NCBI GenBank assembly: GCA_036012755.1
Contig: DASCPX010000070.1
Coordinates: forward strand, 256,001-320,000
Reading direction: 5' to 3'
Source: Myxococcota bacterium
GTDB taxonomy: Bacteria > Myxococcota_A > UBA796 > CAJQPC01
DNA: 64,000 bases
A model generated the notes under the pieces. That model saw only the letters and a list, made by a program, of their open reading frames with translations. It had not been told where the DNA came from and did no database searches. The number at the start of each line of letters is the position of its first letter. Within the stretch, counting starts at the first letter, position 1. Shown piece by piece: positions 1 to 9,204 of this stretch. A program made the position numbers and the translations under genes.

Positions 1-1
1 C

Positions 2-76
2 GCCATCGACGACGCTCCCAGCCACGAGTTCTTCCTCAACACTTCGGGCTTCGCCCTGTCCGGCGAGGTGCGCTGA
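2..76 (+). CDS. 3' end of an upstream gene (partial, unknown product)
   Basis: Open GC3-rich frame AIDDAPSHEFFLNTSGFALSGEVR* ending TGA 74-76. Confidence 0.5.
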   Translation, partial: AIDDAPSHEFFLNTSGFALSGEVR

Positions 77-90
77 GTTAGGCGGGCGCG

Positions 91-2919
91 GTGGACGCCC
101 TGTTCGCTGCCCTCCGCGAGGCCTGCTCGTCCCACATCTGGGACCAGGGCGTGCGCTTCTTTCGTGCCGACGTGGTCGTGGGCCAGGAGGCCGACGACGA
201 GGAGATCCGGCTGCACGTTCGCGTCGGCGGCCGCCCGGTTCCCTACGAGGTCCACCTCTGGCCCCAGGACGAGGACTGGTCCTGCGACTGCGGCCACGAA
301 GAGGGCTGCTCACACGCTGTCGCGGCCATGCTCGCGATGCGAAAGGCGCTGGCCGAGGGCAAGGAGCTGCCCAAGCCAGAGGGTCACGGCTCCTTGCGCT
401 ACCGCCTGCTGCGCGACGGCAGGACCCTCCGGATCCGCCGGGAGATCCGGCGAGGCGACACCATCGAGCCCGCGCCGAAGCTGCTGTCCCAGGTCCGCGG
501 GCTGAACCTGAGCGCAGAGGACCTGGTGATCGACGAGGTCATGAGCCTGGGTCAGCACCCGATCCCGGCGACCGGATGGCGGCGCATCCTCAAGGCCTGG
601 GCATCCGCCGGCTCCAAGGTGCTCCTCGACGGCCCCGTCGAGGTGAAGCAGGAGCTCATCACGCCGGTCGTCATCGTGAGCGACGAGGGGTCGGCGTTCC
701 GGGTCAGCCTGCATCGGGACGGTCGCGTCGACGAGCGCTTCATCGGCGGTGTGGGTCGCTGTGGCAGCGTGCTTCATCCCCTCGGCGACGGCGGGCTGAC
801 CCCATCTCAGCGGCGCCGGCTGGCCGAGGGCATCGTCTATCGACCAGAGGACGCCGGGCTGCTTGTCAGCGAGGTGCTCCCGCGCCTCCGCCAGCAGGTC
901 CGGGTGCGCCTGAAGACCTCGCGCCTGCCAGAGGGCGAGGCCGAGCCCCCCCGCCTGGTCCTGAGCCTCGACGACGGCGAAGGCAGGCTGGATCTGCGTC
1001 TGGACATCGTCTACGGCGACCCGCCCATCGCTCGGGTCGAGGCGGACACCCTGGTGCTGCTCGGAGGTGGCGTGCCCTTGCGGGACAAGCTCCGCGAGCA
1101 GGCGCTGATCCGCGAGGTCGAGGGTCTGCGCCTGCCCATCGGTCGGGACTGGAGCTTCGAGGAGGAGGACGCGCTCCAGTTCGTGCGCGCCCGGCTGCCC
1201 GGCTATCGCGGCGCGGTCTCCGGCTCGGCAGGGCGCTTCTCCGTTCGCACAGAGGCCGCCTCGGTTCGCCTCGTGGATGGCCGGCTCGAGAGCGACGCCG
1301 ACCTCGATCGGCTCGTGGACGCCTGGCTCGAGGGCGAGGCCCTGGTGCCCCTGGCCGACGGCACCGGCTACGCGCCCCTGCCCATCGACTTCATGGGGGC
1401 CCACGGTCACCTCATCGCCGACCTGGTCGCCGCTCGAGACACCGATGGCTCCATGCCCCGCCACGCCCTCCCGGCCCTCGCCGAGCTCTGCGAGGCCCTG
1501 GATCACCCCCCCCCACCGGAGCTCTCCGAGCTGCGCCAGCTGCTGTCGGGGGACTGGCCCGAGGAGGAGATCCCGGACACCGTGAAGGCCACCCTGCGGC
1601 CATACCAGGTCGATGGCTTCCGCTGGCTGCGGTTGCTCATGAGCGGGGGCCTCGGGGGCATCCTCGCCGACGACATGGGCCTCGGCAAGACCCTGCAGGC
1701 CCTCTGCGCCATCACAGCAGAGGGGGGCCGCAGCCTCGTCGTCGCCCCGACCAGCGTCATCGGGAACTGGCTCGCCGAGTGCGAGAAGTTCGTCCCCCAC
1801 CTGAGCACCTGCCGCTTCCATGGACCCAGGCGCCACCTGGACGTCTCGGCCGACGTGGTCGTCACGAGCTACGCGCTGTTGCGTCTGGATCCATCTCTCC
1901 GCGAGCAGCGGTGGACCACCGTGGTGCTGGACGAGGCCCAGGCCATCAAGAACCCCGAGTCCCAGACCGCCCAGGCGGCCTTCCGGCTCCAGGCGAGCCA
2001 CCGCCTCAGCCTCACGGGGACCCCCGTCGAGAACCGCCTGGACGAGCTGTGGTCACAGCTGCACTTCGCGATGCCGGGCATCCTCGGTGGGCGCAAGGCC
2101 TTCGGCGATCGCTACGCCCGTCCGGTCGAGCAGGGTGACGCGCGCGCCGCGAAGGCCCTCCGTGGGCGCATCGCCCCCTTCGTCCTGCGCCGGCTCAAGA
2201 CCGAGGTCGCGTCTGACCTGCCTCCCCGTACAGACCTCGTGTTGCGCTGCCCGATGCCTCCAGAGCAGCGCCAGATCTACGACGGGGTGCACGCTGCGGC
2301 CCGGGGGGACCTCGCGCGTCTGCTCGGCGACGGCCGCGCCCTCGAGATCCTCGAGGTCCTGCTGCGACTGCGCCAGGCGGCCTGCCACTCGCGGCTGTTG
2401 CCTGGCGACCGGCCGGACGTCAGCGGCAAGCTCGACGTGCTCGTCGACAAGCTCGAAGCCCTCGCAGAGGCAGGCCACCGCTGCCTCGTCTTCTCCCAGT
2501 GGACCTCGCACCTCGACCTCATCGAGGAGCGCATCGGCGGGCTGGACCCCTTGCGGCTGGACGGCTCGACCCGGGACCGGGACGGGGTGGTCGCCCGCTT
2601 CCAGGCCCCGGACGGGCCGCCGGTCTTCCTGCTCTCGCTCAAGGCTGGCGGGACGGGGCTCAACCTGACCGCCGCCGACTACGTCTTCCACGCGGACCCC
2701 TGGTGGAACCCGGCGGTCGAGGACCAGGCCATCGACCGCGCCCACCGCATCGGCCAGGACAAGCCGGTGGTCAGCGTGAAGCTCATCTCAGAGGACACGG
2801 TCGAGGAGCGCATCCTGGCGCTGCAGGAGAAGAAGCGCGCGGTCGCCAAGGCCGTGCTCGGGGACGGCACCGTGGCCGCCGGGCTCACGCGCGAGGACCT
2901 GCTCGAGCTCCTGCGCTGA
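91..2919 (+). CDS. SWIM zinc finger + SNF2-family helicase/ATPase
   Basis: N-terminal CxC..CxH (WSCDCGHEEGCSH); LADDMGLGKT, LDEAQ, LTGTPVEN, SLKAGGTGLNL, QAIDRAHRIGQ. Confidence 0.95.
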   Translation: MDALFAALREACSSHIWDQGVRFFRADVVVGQEADDEEIRLHVRVGGRPVPYEVHLWPQDEDWSCDCGHEEGCSHAVAAMLAMRKALAEGKELPKPEGHGSLRYRLLRDGRTLRIRREIRRGDTIEPAPKLLSQVRGLNLSAEDLVIDEVMSLGQHPIPATGWRRILKAWASAGSKVLLDGPVEVKQELITPVVIVSDEGSAFRVSLHRDGRVDERFIGGVGRCGSVLHPLGDGGLTPSQRRRLAEGIVYRPEDAGLLVSEVLPRLRQQVRVRLKTSRLPEGEAEPPRLVLSLDDGEGRLDLRLDIVYGDPPIARVEADTLVLLGGGVPLRDKLREQALIREVEGLRLPIGRDWSFEEEDALQFVRARLPGYRGAVSGSAGRFSVRTEAASVRLVDGRLESDADLDRLVDAWLEGEALVPLADGTGYAPLPIDFMGAHGHLIADLVAARDTDGSMPRHALPALAELCEALDHPPPPELSELRQLLSGDWPEEEIPDTVKATLRPYQVDGFRWLRLLMSGGLGGILADDMGLGKTLQALCAITAEGGRSLVVAPTSVIGNWLAECEKFVPHLSTCRFHGPRRHLDVSADVVVTSYALLRLDPSLREQRWTTVVLDEAQAIKNPESQTAQAAFRLQASHRLSLTGTPVENRLDELWSQLHFAMPGILGGRKAFGDRYARPVEQGDARAAKALRGRIAPFVLRRLKTEVASDLPPRTDLVLRCPMPPEQRQIYDGVHAAARGDLARLLGDGRALEILEVLLRLRQAACHSRLLPGDRPDVSGKLDVLVDKLEALAEAGHRCLVFSQWTSHLDLIEERIGGLDPLRLDGSTRDRDGVVARFQAPDGPPVFLLSLKAGGTGLNLTAADYVFHADPWWNPAVEDQAIDRAHRIGQDKPVVSVKLISEDTVEERILALQEKKRAVAKAVLGDGTVAAGLTREDLLELLR

Positions 2920-5067
2920 TCAGCGCGCGCAGCGGAAGCCGATGAAGGCCCGCGAGTCCGTCTTGCCGACGTTCGTCGAGATGCCGCCGTCGCTGCGGCG
3001 CCAGGCGGGCTTGCCCTGGTTCTGGCGGTACTCGTGCCAGGCCACCTTCGTCGAGTTCTCGTCCCAGGTCTGGGGATCGGCCTCCAGCGCGGCCAGGCCC
3101 CCGCGGCCCGAGCAGTAGGCCTTGGCCGCTGCCCAGCTCACGTTGACCACGGCCTGACCTTCCTTCCCAGCGGGTGGCGTCGTGTCCGTCCAGCCCTTCA
3201 GGTAGTTGCCGTCGGCCTTCTTGTTGTCGATGGCCTGGTCCTGCTGCCAGTCCGGGTGGCTGCCCAGCCAGCTCGCGAACTGGGCGTAGCTCACCGCGGC
3301 GGCCGCGCCGGTGCTCGCGTGCCCCTTGTTCGGGTCCTTCACCAGACCATCGCCTCCGCCCAGGTTCGGGAGGTGCTCGACCTCGATCGGGACCTCTACC
3401 TCGACGGCCCCCTCGCCCCAGTCGATCACCAGCTCCTGGGACCAGCTCGCGCAGTGCTTCGGGCAGTCCGGCCAGCAGCCGAGCTCAGCCTCCTCGCACT
3501 TGCCGGCCTCGACGATCAGGGTGTGTCGTCCCGGCAGCAGTTCGCCGAGCTCGACGGGGTCCCGACCCACCTCGACGGAGAGCTCGCCGACGGTCGCCTG
3601 CGCCTTCTTCGTCTCCGGAGTCGACACCAACAGCGCTCGTGGGGTGGGTGCCGAGACGGTGATGGTCGCGGTGGCCAGCCCCTCGCCCTCGCCGAGGTCG
3701 AAGCTGGTGCTCTGGACGCCGCACCAGCTGGCTTCGTCCGTGCAGTCCAGCCCGACGCGGGCCTCGACGAGATGCTCCCCGAAGTCCAGCTCTCCGAAGC
3801 TCCAGACGAGTCCCTCGGCGGTGCCCGGACGACCGTCGACGGTGACCGAGACGGGTGTGTCCGCAGACACCCCAGCGACGACCACGTCCAGGGCCCGGGT
3901 TGTGACAAGAGGCTCAGGCGTCGGCTGGCTGAAGTACCAGGCGGTCGCCCCTGCCAGACCCACGAGCGCCAGCGCCCCGAGGACCACTGGAGCCTTCGAC
4001 GGCGGCTCGGGCGCCTGCGCCGGTGGCTCCGGGGCCTCCTCGGGTGGGGCCGAGGGCAGGATCCCCCCCGGAGGACGCTCGTCCTCGCGAGCCAGGATCT
4101 TCTCGCGCACCGCCTGCAGGTCCTCTACGTCGGGGATCATCGTGTCGGAGCTGTCCTCCATGCCCGGGTACCAGGTGGCAGAGGTCGGACGGTGCTCGGG
4201 CTCGTCCCCGAAGATGTGTTCCGGGTCGATGTGTTCGGTGTCGAGCTCGGCGAGGGCGTCGAGCACCTCCTTTGCGGTGGCGAGGCGCTCCTCTGGCCGG
4301 CTGCGGGTCATCGCTCGGATGAGGGCGCGCAGCGCCACCGGGAACTGGACTCCCGGGTCCAGGGGAGGGTGGTTCTGCTTGGCGATCATGACCTGCAGCG
4401 CCTTCTGGCGGCTGGTCCCGACACCGGAGATGGGGAAGCCGAAGCGGCCCGTGATGAGCTCGTAGAAGACGACCCCCAGGGAGTAGACGTCCCACTTGAT
4501 GGGGTCGAGGTCGTCCGGGTCGATCCACTCGGGGGGGGCGTAGCTCACGGAGCCGAAGTTCTGGCCGGACTCGGTGATGGTCTTGCCGTCCTGCTCGGTG
4601 GCGATGCCGAAGTCGACGAGCTTCAGCTGGCCACCGCCCTCGACGATCATGTTCGAGGGCTTGATGTCCCGGTGGCGGATGCCGTGGTCGTGCATGTAGA
4701 CGAGCGCGTCGGCGGCCTGCACGAAGAGCTTCAGCGCGTCCTCGAGCTCGATCCGGCCCTCGTAGATGCGCTGCTCGAGGTTGTCCCCCTGCACGAACTC
4801 CATCTCGAGGTAGGGCAGCTCGGCGTCCATGCGCACGTTGCGGACCTTCACGATGTTCGGGTGATCCAGCGCGAAGAGGATCTCGGCCTCTCGAACGAAG
4901 CGCGCCTTGGCGCTCTCGAGCCGGTTCAGCGAGGGGTCGAGGACCTTCACCGCCGCGAGGATCCGCTGCGCCGAGCGGTTGTGGCAGCGGTACACCGAGC
5001 CCATGCCGCCCTGTCCCAGTGGCTTCTCCACCACCCAGATGTCGATCTGGTCCCCGGGCTGCAGCAA
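2920..5067 (-). CDS. Membrane Ser/Thr protein kinase with C-terminal FGE-sulfatase-like segment
   Basis: LGQGGMGSVY, AVK, HRDIKPSN, DFG, YAPPE; TM helix; VVNVSWAAAKAYC and FIGFRCAR. Start placed at TTG 5067 after GGAGG (track gives 5100). Confidence 0.9.
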   Translation of the reverse strand: MLQPGDQIDIWVVEKPLGQGGMGSVYRCHNRSAQRILAAVKVLDPSLNRLESAKARFVREAEILFALDHPNIVKVRNVRMDAELPYLEMEFVQGDNLEQRIYEGRIELEDALKLFVQAADALVYMHDHGIRHRDIKPSNMIVEGGGQLKLVDFGIATEQDGKTITESGQNFGSVSYAPPEWIDPDDLDPIKWDVYSLGVVFYELITGRFGFPISGVGTSRQKALQVMIAKQNHPPLDPGVQFPVALRALIRAMTRSRPEERLATAKEVLDALAELDTEHIDPEHIFGDEPEHRPTSATWYPGMEDSSDTMIPDVEDLQAVREKILAREDERPPGGILPSAPPEEAPEPPAQAPEPPSKAPVVLGALALVGLAGATAWYFSQPTPEPLVTTRALDVVVAGVSADTPVSVTVDGRPGTAEGLVWSFGELDFGEHLVEARVGLDCTDEASWCGVQSTSFDLGEGEGLATATITVSAPTPRALLVSTPETKKAQATVGELSVEVGRDPVELGELLPGRHTLIVEAGKCEEAELGCWPDCPKHCASWSQELVIDWGEGAVEVEVPIEVEHLPNLGGGDGLVKDPNKGHASTGAAAAVSYAQFASWLGSHPDWQQDQAIDNKKADGNYLKGWTDTTPPAGKEGQAVVNVSWAAAKAYCSGRGGLAALEADPQTWDENSTKVAWHEYRQNQGKPAWRRSDGGISTNVGKTDSRAFIGFRCAR

Positions 5068-5102
5068 CGCTCCTCCGGCGGGGAGGATAACCGGCAACAA
5101 CG

Positions 5103-5867
5103 ATGCGTATCGTCACCTGGAACATCAACTCGCTGAAGGCGCGACGAGAGCACGTCATCGGCTTCCTCGACGCGGTCTCGCCGACCCTTCTCTGCCTGCA
5201 GGAGCTGAAGCTCCCCGACTCCCAGATCGACCGCGAGCTCTTCAGCAGCCGGGGCTACCACCTCGTCACGCACGGGCAGCCGACCTACAACGGCGTCGCC
5301 ATCGCGTCTCGCCTGCCGATGAGCGACGTGATCGTTGGCCTGCGTGGAATCGAAGAGGACCACAGCCGCGTCCTTGTCGCGACGGTCGACGGCGTCGTCT
5401 TCGTGAACCTCTACTGCCCCCAGGGACAGCGCGAGGACAGCCCGGCCTTCGCCTACAAGTTGCGCTTCTACGACCACCTCATCGAGTGGATCGCAAACAC
5501 CTTCGACCCCCAGCAGCCGCTGGTCGTCACCGGTGATCTCAACGTCGCCCCGCGCAGCTGTGACGTCTTCGATCCCTTCGAGTGGGCCAACGTGCCGACC
5601 TTCCATCCAGAGGAGCACGCGCGCTGGCAGAGGCTGCTCGACTGGGGCCTCCACGACGCCACGGAGGACTGGCTCGAAGAGGGCGCCTACACCTTCTGGG
5701 ACTACCGGCAGCGGTCCTTCGACCGCAACCTCGGGATGCGCATCGACCACTTCCTCGTCACCCGGCCGGTCCTCGAGTGCGTGCAGGGTGCGCTGGTCCA
5801 CGTCGAGGAGCGAGCCCGGGAGCGCGCCTCGGACCACGCGCCGCTGGAGCTCATCCTGGGTCGTTGA
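5103..5867 (+). CDS. xth: Exodeoxyribonuclease III
   Basis: MRIVTWNINS, LQELK, YNGVAI, GDLNVA, YTFWDYR, GMRIDH, SDHAP. Confidence 0.95.
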   Translation: MRIVTWNINSLKARREHVIGFLDAVSPTLLCLQELKLPDSQIDRELFSSRGYHLVTHGQPTYNGVAIASRLPMSDVIVGLRGIEEDHSRVLVATVDGVVFVNLYCPQGQREDSPAFAYKLRFYDHLIEWIANTFDPQQPLVVTGDLNVAPRSCDVFDPFEWANVPTFHPEEHARWQRLLDWGLHDATEDWLEEGAYTFWDYRQRSFDRNLGMRIDHFLVTRPVLECVQGALVHVEERARERASDHAPLELILGR

Positions 5868-6981
5868 CGGCGGGGTCGAAGACCGCGATCTCCCCAGCGA
5901 CCCCCATGCGCGGCGGCAGGCCCGTGTACCAGTTCCCGCAGTGCACGTACTGCTTGCCGAACCAGCCCTGGTCGCGCACACCGAAGAGCCGGAGCATCGA
6001 GGCGTTGAGCCCGAGCATGTTCCCGGCCACCTGCCCGCCGTGGGTGTGGCCGGAGAGCACCAGGTCGAAGCGGGCCTCGTCGACCCAGGCGCCCAGGCGA
6101 GGGTCGTGGGCCAGGAGCACGGCGAAGGACTCGCCTCGGGGGCACTTCTGCAAGGCCGAGGCGAGCTCCTCGCGGGCGTTTTTCCAGTGGAAGTTCACTC
6201 CCGTGACGTGGAAACCACCGGACTCGATGGCCTCGTCGACGAGGAGCTTCACGCCTCGCTCTGCGAGGGCCTCTCCAAGCTGCCAGAGCACGGGCAGGTC
6301 GTGGTTGCCCGGGCAGCACACCACCGGCGCCTCGATGCGGGCGAGGGCCTCGACCAGGTAGGAGTGCTCGGCCTCGGAGAAGGGCATGACGAGGTCCCCG
6401 GTCACGACGACCAGCGCGGGATCCAGGCGATTGACCGCCTCGACCAATGGACCGAGCTCCTCCTCGTGCATCAGCGCGGAGGCGTGGATGTCCGAGAGCT
6501 GCACGAGGCGACCCGGCAGCCCCGCGACCACGTGGCGTGTCAGGCGGCGACCCCGGCTGTAGCACTGCACCGTTCCGAGCACCGCCAGCGACAGGGGAAG
6601 GAGGAGCCAGGCCCCGGGCCACAGCCAGTCGCGGCCCGCCAGCGCGGCGATGGGCGCCCGCACGAGCCAGGTCAGGCCTCCCCACAAGGCGAAGCCGTAG
6701 GCCACTTGGGAGGGGTAGGCCAGCAGCCAGCGCACCCAACCAGGCGCGGAACGTACTCTGTGGATGGCGAAGAACAGCCCCCAGATGCCGACGGCTCCGG
6801 CCAAGAAAGCCCACGCGAGGTCGCCACCACAAGCCTTGAACATCAGGCCGTAGAAGCCGATGCAGCCTCCGACGACTGCGGCGACGAAGTGGTCGTTGGC
6901 GGTCTGGCCGACCGCGTAGACGTGGCGCCAGGTCAGCGCCACGATGATCGGGAAGAGCAACAGCAGCCAGGGGATGCCCAT
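5851..6981 (-). CDS. Membrane-anchored metallophosphoesterase (YkuE/YaeI-like)
   Basis: N-terminal TM helices; SDIH, TGDL, GNHD, LAHDP, SGHTHGGQ; ATG 6981 overlaps upstream stop (TGATG). Confidence 0.88.
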   Translation of the reverse strand: MGIPWLLLLFPIIVALTWRHVYAVGQTANDHFVAAVVGGCIGFYGLMFKACGGDLAWAFLAGAVGIWGLFFAIHRVRSAPGWVRWLLAYPSQVAYGFALWGGLTWLVRAPIAALAGRDWLWPGAWLLLPLSLAVLGTVQCYSRGRRLTRHVVAGLPGRLVQLSDIHASALMHEEELGPLVEAVNRLDPALVVVTGDLVMPFSEAEHSYLVEALARIEAPVVCCPGNHDLPVLWQLGEALAERGVKLLVDEAIESGGFHVTGVNFHWKNAREELASALQKCPRGESFAVLLAHDPRLGAWVDEARFDLVLSGHTHGGQVAGNMLGLNASMLRLFGVRDQGWFGKQYVHCGNWYTGLPPRMGVAGEIAVFDPAVNDPG

Positions 6982-8393
6982 CAGCGCTCGGCGACGAGGA
7001 ACTTCAGGATGCCGCGGCGGTCGACGGCGGCGCGGACCGACCACGGCCCGCCCGGCAGCTCCTCGACACGGAAGCTGCGGGGGAGCTTGATGCGGACTCG
7101 GGCCGAGGTCTTCGAGAGGACCTCTTCGAGCGGAAAGGGCAGATCGGCCATGCCGATCCCGCCCCTGTCGTAGTCACGGCCCCCCCACGGAGGGTCCAGC
7201 AACAGGGCGTCGTGTGGCTCCCAAAGCACGTCGAGCACGGAGCCGTGGCGCAGTCCGATGTCCACCCCGTAGATCCGGGCGTTGTGGGCGGCCATCTGGA
7301 GGCGCTGCATGTTGGTGTCCACCGCGAGCACGGTCTCGATCGCCGGAGCGCGCGCCGCGGCAATCGACATGCTCCCGATGCCGCAGGTGCCGTCGATGAC
7401 CCGGCCGGAGAGCCCCCTGACGAAGTCGGCGGCGAGGGGCTCTGCGGTCGCGCTCATCAGCCCCTCGTCGTCGGTCTCGATGCCCTCGAACCAGCGCGAG
7501 AAGAGCCGGCGACGGCGCGTGGAGAGGGGCTCACAGCGCGGAGGCTGGCGCCCCTTGCGAATGGGAGGGGTCACCCTGACGTGCAGCACCGACCCGCCGA
7601 CCGACATGCCGCTGAGCTGGTGCATCACGCGGCGAGCTTCCGCGGGCCTCATCGAGCCGGTCCAGCGCGAGGTGTCGAGCCAGCTGGGGGCGCCGGCGAC
7701 GGCGACCTCCACCACGGCGGGGTCCGACACTGCCAACGCCCGGAAGACCTCTCGGGCCTCTTCAGCCGCCTCTTTGTCCTTTCCGAGGACGGCCTCCTCC
7801 AGCAGATGCGGCAACAGCGCGAAGCGGTCCGCGATGAGACCCAGCTGCCAGGCGGCGGCGGCCCGGTCGAGGTCGGGGCGGCCCGCGTGGGCGTGGCGGG
7901 CCCAGCGCAGGGCCACCGTCCGGTCGCCTGCTGTTCGGAGCCAGGCTCCGTGGACGCCTCCGAGCCCGGGGCCGACCAGGATCTCTGCGGTGGCCGGCCG
8001 ATCCAGCGTTCGGTCCACGGATCGGCAGCCGATGCTCCGCAGGGCCTTGCGGACGCCCACCACGCAAGGGGGAATCAGGGTGTGGAGAGGGCCCTCCTTC
8101 AGCTCTGTCCGTGCCGGCCACGACTCCACGACGGCCAGCGGGTCGGTGGGTCGAGGTCCCAGGGACTCGATGTGGAGCCAGCCGGCGTCGACCTCGATGA
8201 CCCGAGGGCAGGCGGGATGATCCGCTCCGCGCCGGTAGCCCGAGACCTCTGCCTCGACGCGGGCTTTCGGGCCCGTGAGCGCCACGGTCCCGTCGGCGAT
8301 GCGGCGCCACCACCGCTGCGGCCCGCTCGCTGGGAGCCCGGTCCCCTCCTCGATCCAGTCGCCTTCGAAGGGAGGTTCCGGGGACTCAGGCAT
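6981..8393 (-). CDS. TGS1-like (RNA cap guanine-N2) SAM-dependent methyltransferase with extra N-terminal domain
   Basis: RRLFSRWFEGIETDDEGLMSATAEPLA, VIDGTCGIG, AHNARIYGV, LLDPPWGGRDY, IKLP; ATG 8393 overlaps the PP2C 3' end. Confidence 0.8.
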   Translation of the reverse strand: MPESPEPPFEGDWIEEGTGLPASGPQRWWRRIADGTVALTGPKARVEAEVSGYRRGADHPACPRVIEVDAGWLHIESLGPRPTDPLAVVESWPARTELKEGPLHTLIPPCVVGVRKALRSIGCRSVDRTLDRPATAEILVGPGLGGVHGAWLRTAGDRTVALRWARHAHAGRPDLDRAAAAWQLGLIADRFALLPHLLEEAVLGKDKEAAEEAREVFRALAVSDPAVVEVAVAGAPSWLDTSRWTGSMRPAEARRVMHQLSGMSVGGSVLHVRVTPPIRKGRQPPRCEPLSTRRRRLFSRWFEGIETDDEGLMSATAEPLAADFVRGLSGRVIDGTCGIGSMSIAAARAPAIETVLAVDTNMQRLQMAAHNARIYGVDIGLRHGSVLDVLWEPHDALLLDPPWGGRDYDRGGIGMADLPFPLEEVLSKTSARVRIKLPRSFRVEELPGGPWSVRAAVDRRGILKFLVAER

Positions 8394-9105
8394 CTCGCAT
8401 TTCGCGTGCCTGGCTCGCGGAGGCCTCGATCTCCAGGACCCGCACGTAGACCAGGGTGGCGTCATCGTCGTGGCCGCCGTCGACCAGCCTCGTCGCCACC
8501 GTTGGCAGCAAGGCAGCCGGCGCCTCGCAGAGGACCCTCAGGTCCCCGGGCGGCACGGCGTCGAAGATGCCGTCGGAGCCGACGAGGAAGACATCGCCTC
8601 GCCGAAATGGCAGCGCCTGCACGTGGATGCTGGGCCGGATCGCGCCCCCCATGCCTATGTACGCGGCCAGTCCCCCGCCGCGCCGCTGGGCCGGGGTGAG
8701 GCGCTCGATGGTGCCGGACCGCCAGAGGAACACGGCGGAGTCGCCGATGTTGAAGACCGTGGCCACCGCGGCGTGCAGCCAGACCCCGGCCAGGGTGCAC
8801 GCGCTGCCCGTCGTCAGGCGGACCTCTGCGTCGGCCCGCTCGACCAGGTCGAGGATCAGGTCTTCGCCCGCTCGTCGGTCCGAGGTGAAGAACTCGCGCA
8901 TGCACTCGATCGCGGTCTCGGCTGCCCTGTCGCTGTCCACCGCGGAGGAGACCCCGTCCGCCACGGCGTAGATCGAGCCGCGGCGGGCTTTGAGGACGAG
9001 CTCCTCGCGAGGATCCCAGAGCCCGAAGCGGTCGGCATTGCGCGTCTTGCGGCTCCCGGTCCGGGAGAGCGCTGTGGCTTCGGTATAGGGCAGCGAAGAT
9101 GCCAT
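8386..9105 (-). CDS. PP2C-family Ser/Thr phosphatase
   Basis: RKTRNAD, AVADGV, NIGDS, GSDGIFD, GGHDDDAT; start 9105 or 9126. Confidence 0.9.
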   Translation of the reverse strand: MASSLPYTEATALSRTGSRKTRNADRFGLWDPREELVLKARRGSIYAVADGVSSAVDSDRAAETAIECMREFFTSDRRAGEDLILDLVERADAEVRLTTGSACTLAGVWLHAAVATVFNIGDSAVFLWRSGTIERLTPAQRRGGGLAAYIGMGGAIRPSIHVQALPFRRGDVFLVGSDGIFDAVPPGDLRVLCEAPAALLPTVATRLVDGGHDDDATLVYVRVLEIEASASQAREMRDA

Positions 9106-9204
9106 CGAGCCGGGAGCATAGGACATCCTGAGCGCCTCCTCGGTTCATCTGTTCCGGGGGCTCGAGCATCGAGTATCCTTAGTATTGGCCCTCGGGAGAA
9201 CGGA

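Noticed and set aside
8275..9204. N-terminal extension of the AAA ATPase ORF
   Set aside because: Antisense to the PP2C gene; start more plausibly TTG 9205
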